A stretch of 64,000 bases of DNA from Prochlorococcus sp. scB245a_520K10 (GTDB taxonomy: Bacteria > Cyanobacteriota > Cyanobacteriia > PCC-6307 > Cyanobiaceae), in the NCBI GenBank assembly GCA_000634515.1, contig JFNU01000169.1:12395-76394 (forward strand). Reading direction: 5' to 3'. The position numbers were made by a program, and so were the translations under genes. Of the stretch, positions 49,278 through 57,118 are shown piece after piece (within the stretch, counting starts at the first letter, position 1; every line of letters begins with the position of its first letter). The notes under the pieces were generated by a model. That model saw only the letters and a program-made list of their open reading frames with translations, was not told where the DNA came from and did not search any database.

Positions 49278-49927
49278 TTATATAAGGTAGGCAAATTATT
49301 TCTTTCACGTGGAAAGGGAGAATACAATATTACCTAAATGTCACAAATGCCAGTTTATTGATTTAAGTAATTTTGACCCCCCCCCACTGTAAAATGTGTT
49401 CTGCTAGTTGATAGTAGATATTTCTACTCAGCGCTTAAAGATTTAATAACTTATTAAATGACTTTATAACTTTTGCCTTCTTGGAAATTAATAGACTTAT
49501 AAAAACGGAGAGGGTGTAATCTGAACTCAGAATACATCCCAGTCTACATCGCTAATCTTAGGGAAAGAATAGAGAAATTACAAAAATAACCCCATTTTGT
49601 ACCACATGAAATCGGTAAGTGTTATTTTGGCTGCCCCCTAAAATAACACTTTTTTAGGTGTTAAGGAACGCTAAAATAATACTCTAAATTCCGTCAGTTC
49701 GTTTGATATAACTGAGTTTGTATACTAAAATATTGGTATCTAAGTCGGACTATTTTTAAGTTCTTTATACAAAGAATAATCTATTACTTTCCGACAGTAA
49801 AGATAAGAAATCAATCAAAAAATATAAACATTTCTATCTGAGAAATCCAGATTAGAACTGCAATAAAACACTTTATCAACACGACCGAGAAACACCCACT
49901 TGAACCTGCTCATCAAAAGATCGCAGA

Positions 49928-50845
49928 CTATCTGGCGAGTATCTGATCTAAAGTCTTTTCATCTGAAACAACAATGAAATCATCAAAGTGAATTGTTTGA
50001 TCGGGGTAACTCACTCCAAATACTCGATCTCGATAGATACCGATTCTGATATGACTTTGATAATAACGTCCACGCCAATCATAAGTGACACCATTATAAT
50101 CAAACATCAATTCGCCATCTTTATAAACTTTCACAAAACCATCATCATTCTTTGTATTATGGATTCCAATCTTATATGTACTCCATTTCCCTAATGGAGT
50201 GACACTCGCTGTACCATCAACATCTCTGTCTTTACTTTCATTTCGGTACTTTTTCCATTTTTGAAACCAATATTTTCCTCCATAGTTTTTATACTTTGTT
50301 TCAATACGATGAAGGCGCTCTTCCTTTCGACTTATAGATCGACCTGCATCTCCTCCGGTATCTCCTCCTATTTGCAATCTATTTCCATTTTCATAATAAC
50401 GTAATCCTATCAGAGGACCATTTTTTCCATCATCAATATGCATTGTGTTTTTGAATTGAAAAAATAATACTCTGTCGTCGATATGAGTAAAATCCTCTGG
50501 AAGTCTTTTTTTGAAACTGATCCATATTTCTTTACCTAATGCTTTTTTGGGTTTGACCTGAAATTCTGCTCTTTCAGTTGTTTCCTTTTCTCTTCCTTTT
50601 TGATCAACATTCCATCCATCTTTCACTGTCACTTCAAGATACTGATTGCCATCAGGATCTTTTCTAATTTTGAATGGTTTTCGACCTGTACCCTTATTGT
50701 TGGTCGTAAATTTGTTGGTTCTCAATCTTCCTTCTTTTTCATTTTCAAAGTCCTCAGAGAAATTCCAAGGAGATCGACCCTTTGAGTATGAATTACCACT
50801 GGTAAAACATATCAATATGAGAAAAAGGATAACAAGTTTTTTCAT
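49928..50845 (-). CDS. Secreted polysaccharide lyase-like protein (Polysacc_lyase/heparin lyase I-like)
   Basis: Signal peptide from ATG 50845; TERAEF, LFFQFK, VKVYKDG, RIGIYRD, IHFDDF. Confidence 0.75.
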   Translation of the reverse strand: MKKLVILFLILICFTSGNSYSKGRSPWNFSEDFENEKEGRLRTNKFTTNNKGTGRKPFKIRKDPDGNQYLEVTVKDGWNVDQKGREKETTERAEFQVKPKKALGKEIWISFKKRLPEDFTHIDDRVLFFQFKNTMHIDDGKNGPLIGLRYYENGNRLQIGGDTGGDAGRSISRKEERLHRIETKYKNYGGKYWFQKWKKYRNESKDRDVDGTASVTPLGKWSTYKIGIHNTKNDDGFVKVYKDGELMFDYNGVTYDWRGRYYQSHIRIGIYRDRVFGVSYPDQTIHFDDFIVVSDEKTLDQILAR

Positions 50846-50949
50846 GTCCGAAAAAAATTTTGAAATTTGATGTAACTGAAAGTCGATATCATTCTCGCGT
50901 TCTCTAAATGTCACCTGAATACACCATATAAAATAGATGTTTATTCTAA

Positions 50950-50968
50950 ATTTTAGATCAACTGTCAA
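50950..50968 (-). repeat. 19-bp junction motif copy F (TTGACAGTTGATCTAAAAT)
   Basis: One mismatch to copy B; lies between cassette B arm repeats and the cargo gene. Confidence 0.75.
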
Positions 50969-50970
50969 CC

Positions 50971-51146
50971 AATAAACCCCATCAAAATATTCTGTACCAC
51001 ATCAAAATTTCTTGTCCCCCATCATAAGAAGGTGTCACTTGAACTATCTCCTAAATTGCTGAAATCGCACTGGTATTTTTATGTACCACATGGGTGCTTT
51101 TCATACCCCATGAAAATAAAACATGTACCACTTATTTGTTACCCAT
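50971..51146 (+). repeat. Phased ACC(A/C)CAT repeats (arm-type sites of cassette B)
   Basis: Copies at 50976, 50996, 51016 (variant CCCCCAT), 51085, 51105, 51127 (variant ACCACTT); partner pair at 49589 and 49601. Confidence 0.7.
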
Positions 51147-51310
51147 ATTTTCCCTAGAAATACCTTATATTTCAAAATCAAAAAGTTATCTTACCATAAG
51201 AAAAATATCCAACTATCCTGTGATTGCAGTCTAGTTGGAGGACTTATTACAGCATAACTTTAGTCTGCAAATGAAGTCGTTACGGAGAGGGTGTAAGTCG
51301 ATTTGCTTCT

Positions 51311-51387
51311 GTCAGACACTGCCAGACACCATAAGACACTAGGTTTTAAGAAATTAGAGGAAATTCTCCCAACATTTCTCCCAACAC
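51311..51387 (+). repeat. Left-end repeats of cassette A
   Basis: GTCAGACACT GCCAGACACC ATAAGACACT (10-bp period) and 2x TTCTCCCAACA(C) (12-bp period). Confidence 0.85.
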
Positions 51388-51441
51388 TTTTTTCGGTGCT
51401 ATAAATAAAATATTCAAATTATTTGGAAGAATTTTTAATAG

Positions 51442-52671
51442 ATGATAGAACTTCAAAAAGATATTCTTAGATTTAGTATTAACTGGGAAACCTACTTAGA
51501 GAAGTGTCAAAAAACTAATGGGGGGAATAAAACAGATGATGAAATATATAAATTATTCTTTTATGAAATAGAAAATAAATTTAAGTTATTAGTTGATGAA
51601 AGAGTTTATAAAGTTAAATCATCATTAGGTAGTGGCAGAGTAACCGCAATTCCTTGGATTGGAATTATGCACAAAGAAATTACAGAGTCAGCACAAAAAG
51701 GAATTTATTTGGTCTATTTATTCTCAAGAAATGCAAAAAAATGTTTTTCAGCGATGGAAATTGGAGCGGGGCAATTCAACCGAATATTTGGTGAGAACTC
51801 AAAGAGCACTGAAAGGTTAAAAGCGGCAAAGAATAAATTCCAGCATCATTTTTCACATTATTCTCCTTTCAACGATGAATGTGAAATTAACCTAGTTAAT
51901 GCCGAAGATAAAAAATTTATAGAAAAATTTGGTGAATTAAATAACAAACCAAACTTCAAAATTGATAACTATATAGCAGGTTCCTTCTTCGCTAAAGAAT
52001 ATTCACTAGATAATTCTTTCTTAAAAGAGGATATACAAAATGATTTAAAAAAATATTTAAACACTTATGAATCAATAATTAATGACCCATTGGGTATTTC
52101 TCATATTGAATATTTACTTGATTCTGTTTATGAGAAAACAGATCTTCCTAAAAAAGTTGATCTAGATTATGAGATACCAGAATTTATTCCTAATCCTAAT
52201 TTACAAAAATCTGATGACGCGTTTGATAAGAAAAATAGTAAAAGCAAAAATAATAAAAAATATAGTTTTTCTGTCCCTAGTAAAAAAGTAGGAAGAGCGG
52301 GCGAAGAATATGTATTTAAATTTGAATATAACAAGTTAGTAAAAGCAGGCAGACAAGATTTAGCACTGAAAATAGTTAAGCAATACGAGATTCTTAACTA
52401 TTTCCCAGGATATGACATTAAATCATTTAATAAAAATGGTGATGAGATATACATCGAAGTTAAATCAACGAAGAGTGAAGTTAAAAGTTATTTTGAAATA
52501 AGTAGAAATGAGGTAGAGGCGTCAGAAAAATTGAAAGATCAATATTTTATCTATCATGTTGTCGATGTTTTAAAGAACCCCAAAATCATGAAAAGCATCC
52601 AAAATCCTTCTAAAAAAATTGAAAAAGGTGAAATCCTTATTGATCCATTTATGTATCAATTAAGATTTTAA
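51442..52671 (+). CDS. McrB-N (DUF3578)-DUF3883 fusion, putative modification-dependent restriction nuclease
   Basis: KVKSSLGSGRVTAIPWIGI..ITESAQKGIYLVYLF at N-terminus; GRAGEEYV..E, GYDIKSF, YIEVKST, FEISRNE at C-terminus. Confidence 0.8.
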   Translation: MIELQKDILRFSINWETYLEKCQKTNGGNKTDDEIYKLFFYEIENKFKLLVDERVYKVKSSLGSGRVTAIPWIGIMHKEITESAQKGIYLVYLFSRNAKKCFSAMEIGAGQFNRIFGENSKSTERLKAAKNKFQHHFSHYSPFNDECEINLVNAEDKKFIEKFGELNNKPNFKIDNYIAGSFFAKEYSLDNSFLKEDIQNDLKKYLNTYESIINDPLGISHIEYLLDSVYEKTDLPKKVDLDYEIPEFIPNPNLQKSDDAFDKKNSKSKNNKKYSFSVPSKKVGRAGEEYVFKFEYNKLVKAGRQDLALKIVKQYEILNYFPGYDIKSFNKNGDEIYIEVKSTKSEVKSYFEISRNEVEASEKLKDQYFIYHVVDVLKNPKIMKSIQNPSKKIEKGEILIDPFMYQLRF

Positions 52672-52689
52672 AAATTATTAAATACTTTG

Positions 52690-52818
52690 ATGGAAAAGGA
52701 ACGGAATTACGATAATGATGGATTAGATCCATCAGAAGAATATTTCAGACAGAAGAAAAAAGGTAATGTTGAGGATACCTATTTCCCTCCAGAAGAATCA
52801 GAACCGCCACATTATTAA
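52690..52818 (+). CDS. 42-aa acidic peptide
   Basis: MEKERNYDNDGLDPSEEYFRQKKKGNVEDTYFPPEESEPPHY; fills the gap between co-oriented genes. Confidence 0.5.
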   Translation: MEKERNYDNDGLDPSEEYFRQKKKGNVEDTYFPPEESEPPHY

Positions 52819-52823
52819 AAACA

Positions 52824-53045
52824 ATGAGAAAAGGAATAGATTGGGACAAAGAATTATCAGAAAGTGCAAGATTTAACGATCAATTTTCTGAAAATGTTTT
52901 AGAAAATAGTGCAAAGGATTTCATGCAAGGTATCTTTCTTGGATATATGTATTCCAGATGGAGAAAGATCAGGGGTTTAGACAAGCATGGTCCAGAAGAA
53001 AATAAAGGGCAATTAAGATCTTCAATTAAAGAGTTTGAGAATTAA
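52824..53045 (+). CDS. Small hypothetical protein
   Basis: 73-aa ORF, FMQGIFLGYMYSRWRKIRGLD. Confidence 0.65.
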   Translation: MRKGIDWDKELSESARFNDQFSENVLENSAKDFMQGIFLGYMYSRWRKIRGLDKHGPEENKGQLRSSIKEFEN

Positions 53046-53060
53046 ATTCAATAAAAATAT

Positions 53061-54488
53061 TTATAAATTACTTTTTACATTTTCTGACCATTTTTTCCAA
53101 TCTTTATCTTTTGATGGAACCCATCCTTTAGAAAATTTCTCTTGTAATTTGTGTAAATTTAGACCAGTTAATTTATTTAATTTTGCATATCCGCATTTTT
53201 CATTACTCACCCATAATTCATAATATTCATCTGCCTTAGACCAAACATCTTTTCTTGTGGAATGTAATAACCAACTCATATCATATCTAGACCTTAGAAA
53301 TAAATAGATTTCATTTAACCATCCATTGTCAGATGCAGATTCATAAGCGCCATTTTTTGCTTTGACAAATTCTGCCCTATCATTGCAAGTCTTGGCAAAT
53401 TCAATACATCTTTCTTTAGTCCAGTAGTTCTTCCTCGCTATTCCTCTCATATGCGAACATGCAATATCCAAAAGTTTTTGAGAACATGCAGCATCATAAA
53501 TCCTTGGACTTTTCGTTTTAAATTCAACTCTAGTTTTATATTTTTTTGCTTCTTTAAAAATAATTTCATCAGTATGAATTCTTTTATCTGTTCCAGTTCT
53601 TCCAAGTTGTTTGATATTATTCAAAACCTTAAATCCTTTTTCTTTATATTTTTCGACCCACTCAGATTCAGCATCTTTTACATCTTTAGCATCATACGAA
53701 TAGTCAGTTAATTGAATAAATTCAGTATCTCTTAGTTGTGATATCTTTTTTGAGTTTGTAGTATTCCTGTTATCTTTATGATCTTTAATTCTTTTATTAA
53801 ATAATTGTCTGGTTACTCCTATATAAGCAAGATTTTTCCTGTTATTAAAAATTGTATAAACACAATGCTTATAACCATCTGCGGGAAATCCCATATGAGC
53901 ACAAACTTCTTCTACCCAATTATTTTGAAGACAAACATTATAAGTTGATCCGCTATTTCTCATAAACTCAGTTCTACTCGAGTATTTCTTCGCCTCCTCT
54001 ATACATCTTTCTTTATTCCAATGACCTCTAGGTAAAAGTAATCTTTCCATATGCTTGGTTGCATCATCCAATAGACCATTTCGCATCGCATGCAAATAAG
54101 CACCTTTTTCTTTTTTCATGAATTCTTTGAGTGATTTATATTTTTTTGCTCTTTCAAATAATTTTTCTTTTGTCCAATATTTTGATTTCATATGAGCACA
54201 AACTTCTTCTACTATTCCAAACTTCCTTGCCGCTTTATATGCTCCCCTACTGCCAACCCTAAACTTTTTTCTGTCATCATATTTTAATGCTTCAGTTTTA
54301 ATACTTTCTGAATCCCATTTTTCTGAATGTTTTGGTTTCATATGGGAACAAATTTCATCCATAATCCCAAGTCGATATGCTTTTGTTGATGCTCCACAAG
54401 AGTTTTCATGAAAATCTTTTCTGCGATCATATTTCAATGCTTCTTGTTTTAATTCTTCAATGCTCCATTTCCTCTTTTTTGCAGGCAT
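53061..54488 (-). CDS. GIY-YIG endonuclease with six ~50-aa helical repeats
   Basis: Central CVY-x10-YIG..R...H...E...N; repeats W(T/S)xE...EAKKY...F...AY...CxHM. Confidence 0.8.
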   Translation of the reverse strand: MPAKKRKWSIEELKQEALKYDRRKDFHENSCGASTKAYRLGIMDEICSHMKPKHSEKWDSESIKTEALKYDDRKKFRVGSRGAYKAARKFGIVEEVCAHMKSKYWTKEKLFERAKKYKSLKEFMKKEKGAYLHAMRNGLLDDATKHMERLLLPRGHWNKERCIEEAKKYSSRTEFMRNSGSTYNVCLQNNWVEEVCAHMGFPADGYKHCVYTIFNNRKNLAYIGVTRQLFNKRIKDHKDNRNTTNSKKISQLRDTEFIQLTDYSYDAKDVKDAESEWVEKYKEKGFKVLNNIKQLGRTGTDKRIHTDEIIFKEAKKYKTRVEFKTKSPRIYDAACSQKLLDIACSHMRGIARKNYWTKERCIEFAKTCNDRAEFVKAKNGAYESASDNGWLNEIYLFLRSRYDMSWLLHSTRKDVWSKADEYYELWVSNEKCGYAKLNKLTGLNLHKLQEKFSKGWVPSKDKDWKKWSENVKSNL

Positions 54489-54602
54489 TAAAAAAAATCA
54501 GTTCTTATTGATAGCATCATTTTAATCCCCAAAGAATTTTTAGATTCTTAAGCAAAAAGTATTTTTTAATAATTTAAAAATTAATTTCAAGATTGAACCC
54601 AC

Positions 54603-54805
54603 TCTCCCAACACTTTCAAAATTCTCCCAACACTTCTCCCAACACTTCTCCCAACACTTTGAGATAAAAATAATCTGACATTAACAGAATCTACCTGACA
54701 CCATGAGATACTATTTTTAAGAAGATAATTGAAAAAACTCTTACTAATACTGGTTTTTATAAAGATTGTGAAACTACCAGAATCCTTCAGACACTGTCAG
54801 ACACT
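54603..54805 (+). repeat. Right-end repeats of cassette A
   Basis: 4x (T)TCTCCCAACAC at 54603, 54622, 54634, 54646; CCTGACACCATGAGATACT at 54694; TTCAGACACT GTCAGACACT at 54786-54805. Confidence 0.85.
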
Positions 54806-54815
54806 AAAAATAATC

Positions 54816-54900
54816 CGGAGAGGGTGGGATTCGAACCCACGAATAGTTTCCTATTAAACGATTTCGAGTCGTTCGCTTTCGACCTCTCAGCCACCTCTCC
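54816..54900 (-). tRNA. tRNA-Ser(CGA)
   Basis: GGAGAGGTGGCTGAGAGGTCGAAAGCG AACGA CT CGA AA TCGTT, long variable arm, GGTTCGAATCC, CCTCTCCG. Confidence 0.96.
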
Positions 54901-54952
54901 TTACTTATATATAGATTATATTTCTAATTCTATCTTAAATTTTTATTCGGCT

Positions 54953-55975
54953 TTAATCCCAGCCTGCATCTTTCATCAATTTTATTGCAAGAGAATTATT
55001 AACACCAAGATCTTCTACTGTAACTTTATCAGGAGTAAATGATCCAAAGCCTTTAACAATAGGATTTTGATTGACCTCCTTCAATGGATGTTCAAAAGTA
55101 GGAGCTGCTAGCCCCTCACTTCCACTAGGAGAAGCTAAAAATTCAAGTAGCTTTATAGCTGCAGTTTTATTTGTTGCGTATCTTGCTACACCACCAGCAC
55201 TAATATTTACATGTGCAGGATTAGGAGTGAGGACTATTGTTTTTTTTGCATATAACGCATCTCTTCTTCCATTTACGCCAGCTAGCATTCTTGCAACATA
55301 GTAATGGTTTACAATTCCTACTCCACACTTTTTCTTAGAAACTGCTCTTACGATAGAAATATCCCCTGGGAAAAAAGGTTTTGATACATTTGAAATCATC
55401 CCATTAAGCCAATTTTTAGTTGCTTCTTCACCCTTATTAATTATTTGATTCGCTACCAAAGACTGATTATATGGACTTTTTCTATTCCTCAAACATACTT
55501 TTCCTTTTAAAGAGGGGTCCGCTAAATCAGTGTAATCATTAATTTTGCTTACATCTACCACCTTTGGATTTGCGACCATAACTCTTACTCTTCTTGTTAA
55601 TGCGTACCATTCCTTATCAGGATCTTTTAATCCAACAGGAACATCATTTTCTAAATTATTAGAATCAATCTTTTGTAGCAATCCTAATTTTGCAGCATTA
55701 GTAATTCTTGCCGCATCAACTAGCAAAATTAGATCGGCTTGCGAATTTTTTCCCTCTCTTTTTAGCCTTTCGATTAAGGAGATACCAGCAGCCTCAATTA
55801 GTCGAACTTTTATCCCAGTTTCTTCTGCAAATTTTTTATATACACTTCTATCTGTGTTGTAATGTCTCCCTGAAAAAACTTTGACTTCTTTTTCTGTTGA
55901 ATTAGCCGGTATATTAACGTTCAATAAAAATGTACATGCCAATGCCGAATAAATTACTTTTTTAAGTTTTTGCAC
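54953..55975 (-). CDS. futA: Fe(III) ABC transporter substrate-binding protein
   Basis: VFSGRHY, ADLILLVDA, PYNQSLVA, VNHYYVAR, HVNISAGG. Confidence 0.93.
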   Translation of the reverse strand: MQKLKKVIYSALACTFLLNVNIPANSTEKEVKVFSGRHYNTDRSVYKKFAEETGIKVRLIEAAGISLIERLKREGKNSQADLILLVDAARITNAAKLGLLQKIDSNNLENDVPVGLKDPDKEWYALTRRVRVMVANPKVVDVSKINDYTDLADPSLKGKVCLRNRKSPYNQSLVANQIINKGEEATKNWLNGMISNVSKPFFPGDISIVRAVSKKKCGVGIVNHYYVARMLAGVNGRRDALYAKKTIVLTPNPAHVNISAGGVARYATNKTAAIKLLEFLASPSGSEGLAAPTFEHPLKEVNQNPIVKGFGSFTPDKVTVEDLGVNNSLAIKLMKDAGWD

Positions 55976-56077
55976 TTTTTAAAAATAGTATCTATGGTTA
56001 CTTTATACCTATAAAAACAGTTCAAACTTTAAAAGCGAACTTCTATACATTAAGGTGTATCATTTTTTATATTTCAT

Positions 56078-56743
56078 ATGAATTATTTAATCCATCAGTT
56101 ATTAAACACTGAAGAAATAAATTTAATAAAAAAAGAATTAGAGAAATATCCCCAAGATTGGGAAGATGGAAAAAAAACAGCAGGCAGTCACGCTTCAATG
56201 GTAAAAAATAATTTGCAGCTAAATAGAAATTCAGAGGCATCAAAAAAAAATTCTCAATTAGTAAATAAAAAAATCCTCTCTAACCAATTAATAAAAAGTT
56301 TTTCTTTGCCTAAAAGAATCCATGGAATAATGTTTACAAAATCATCAGAAAATATGCATTATGGAAGACATATTGATAATCCATACATGTCTTCAGGGAG
56401 ATCAGACTTATCTTTTACTCTTTCATTAACGAATAAAAATTTATACAAAGGTGGGGAATTAATTATTGAAACAATGAATTCAGAAGAGAAATTTAAGTTA
56501 AATGCTGGAGAGATTATTATTTATCCAAGTTCTTATTTACATGCAGTAAATGAAATAACTGATGGTGAAAGATTAGTTTGTGTAGGCTGGATAGAAAGTT
56601 ACGTTAAATCTACTGAGGAAAGGGAATATTTATTTGATCTTGATGCAGGAGCAAGAGGACTCTTAGCAAAATATGGGAGATCAGATGAGGTTGATTTAAT
56701 TTTCAAATCCTATTCAAATTTGTTAAGAATACTAGGTAATTAA
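56078..56743 (+). CDS. piuC: PKHD-type Fe(II)/2OG dioxygenase (PiuC-like)
   Basis: WEDGKKTAG, YGRHID, RSDLSFT, YPSSYLHAV, ERLVCVGW. Confidence 0.88.
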   Translation: MNYLIHQLLNTEEINLIKKELEKYPQDWEDGKKTAGSHASMVKNNLQLNRNSEASKKNSQLVNKKILSNQLIKSFSLPKRIHGIMFTKSSENMHYGRHIDNPYMSSGRSDLSFTLSLTNKNLYKGGELIIETMNSEEKFKLNAGEIIIYPSSYLHAVNEITDGERLVCVGWIESYVKSTEEREYLFDLDAGARGLLAKYGRSDEVDLIFKSYSNLLRILGN

Positions 56744-56817
56744 TAGATCATTTTATACATCAAATAGAAAAAGTTATTAGAAATATTTAGAATGATTTGT
56801 ATGTTTAACAGTAAAAA

Positions 56818-57045
56818 ATGCCAAGAAAAAGTTCAATTGCAGTATTCATAGCCGCGACTAGTGCACTAGCAATTTCATCACCTGTAAATGCAGGAGGACA
56901 AGATTTAGGTGGACTTAAGGAATGGAATACTGATATGTCAATTGATGCAGATTTTGTCCTTGATGAAGACGCTCAAAGAATTGCTGACGAAGCAAAAAAT
57001 TCTAATTTGTGCGTTCCAATAGGTGAAGGAGAAAATTGCTGGTAA
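56818..57045 (+). CDS. Small secreted acidic protein
   Basis: Signal peptide; C-terminal CVPIGEGENCW. Confidence 0.7.
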   Translation: MPRKSSIAVFIAATSALAISSPVNAGGQDLGGLKEWNTDMSIDADFVLDEDAQRIADEAKNSNLCVPIGEGENCW

Positions 57046-57084
57046 AAAAAAAGCCCCATATAATGAGACTTTATTATTAGAGTT

Positions 57085-57116
57085 AAGAAACCCCCCTTTT
57101 TGAGGGGTTTTCTTTT
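57085..57116. terminator. Terminator between convergent genes
   Basis: AAGAAACCCCCC TTTTT GAGGGGTTTTCTT hairpin. Confidence 0.6.
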
Positions 57117-57118
57117 AT

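Larger units (their letters stand above)
49506..51293. mobile_element. Integrase-less cassette B at tRNA-Ser (1,777-bp unit)
   Basis: Core CGGAGAGGGTG at 49506-49516 and 51283-51293; ACC(A/C)CAT repeats near both ends. Confidence 0.75.
51283..54826. mobile_element. Integrase-less cassette A at tRNA-Ser (3,533-bp unit)
   Basis: Core at 51283-51293 and in tRNA 3' end 54816-54826; TTCTCCCAACAC and AGACAC repeats at both ends. Confidence 0.82.

Noticed and set aside
49377-49385. C9 homopolymer as a phase-variation switch
   Set aside because: Intergenic, with no ORF or clear promoter spacer that depends on it.
50846-50968. N-terminal extension of the lyase ORF (MTVDLKF...)
   Set aside because: The TTG start is simply the 19-bp motif; the signal peptide begins at ATG 50845.
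54603-54657. Tandem TTCTCCCAACAC repeats as a CRISPR array
   Set aside because: 12-bp units with essentially no spacers and no cas genes; better explained as att arm sites.
49506-54826. Prophage or autonomous tycheposon
   Set aside because: No integrase, excisionase, primase, capsid or terminase ORF visible in the interval.
54824-55042. 72-aa ORF MGFEPTNSF...
   Set aside because: Antisense translation of tRNA-Ser and the end of futA.
55976-56817. Fur boxes around futA and piuC
   Set aside because: Expected biologically, but no convincing GATAATGATAATCATTATC-like match could be read.
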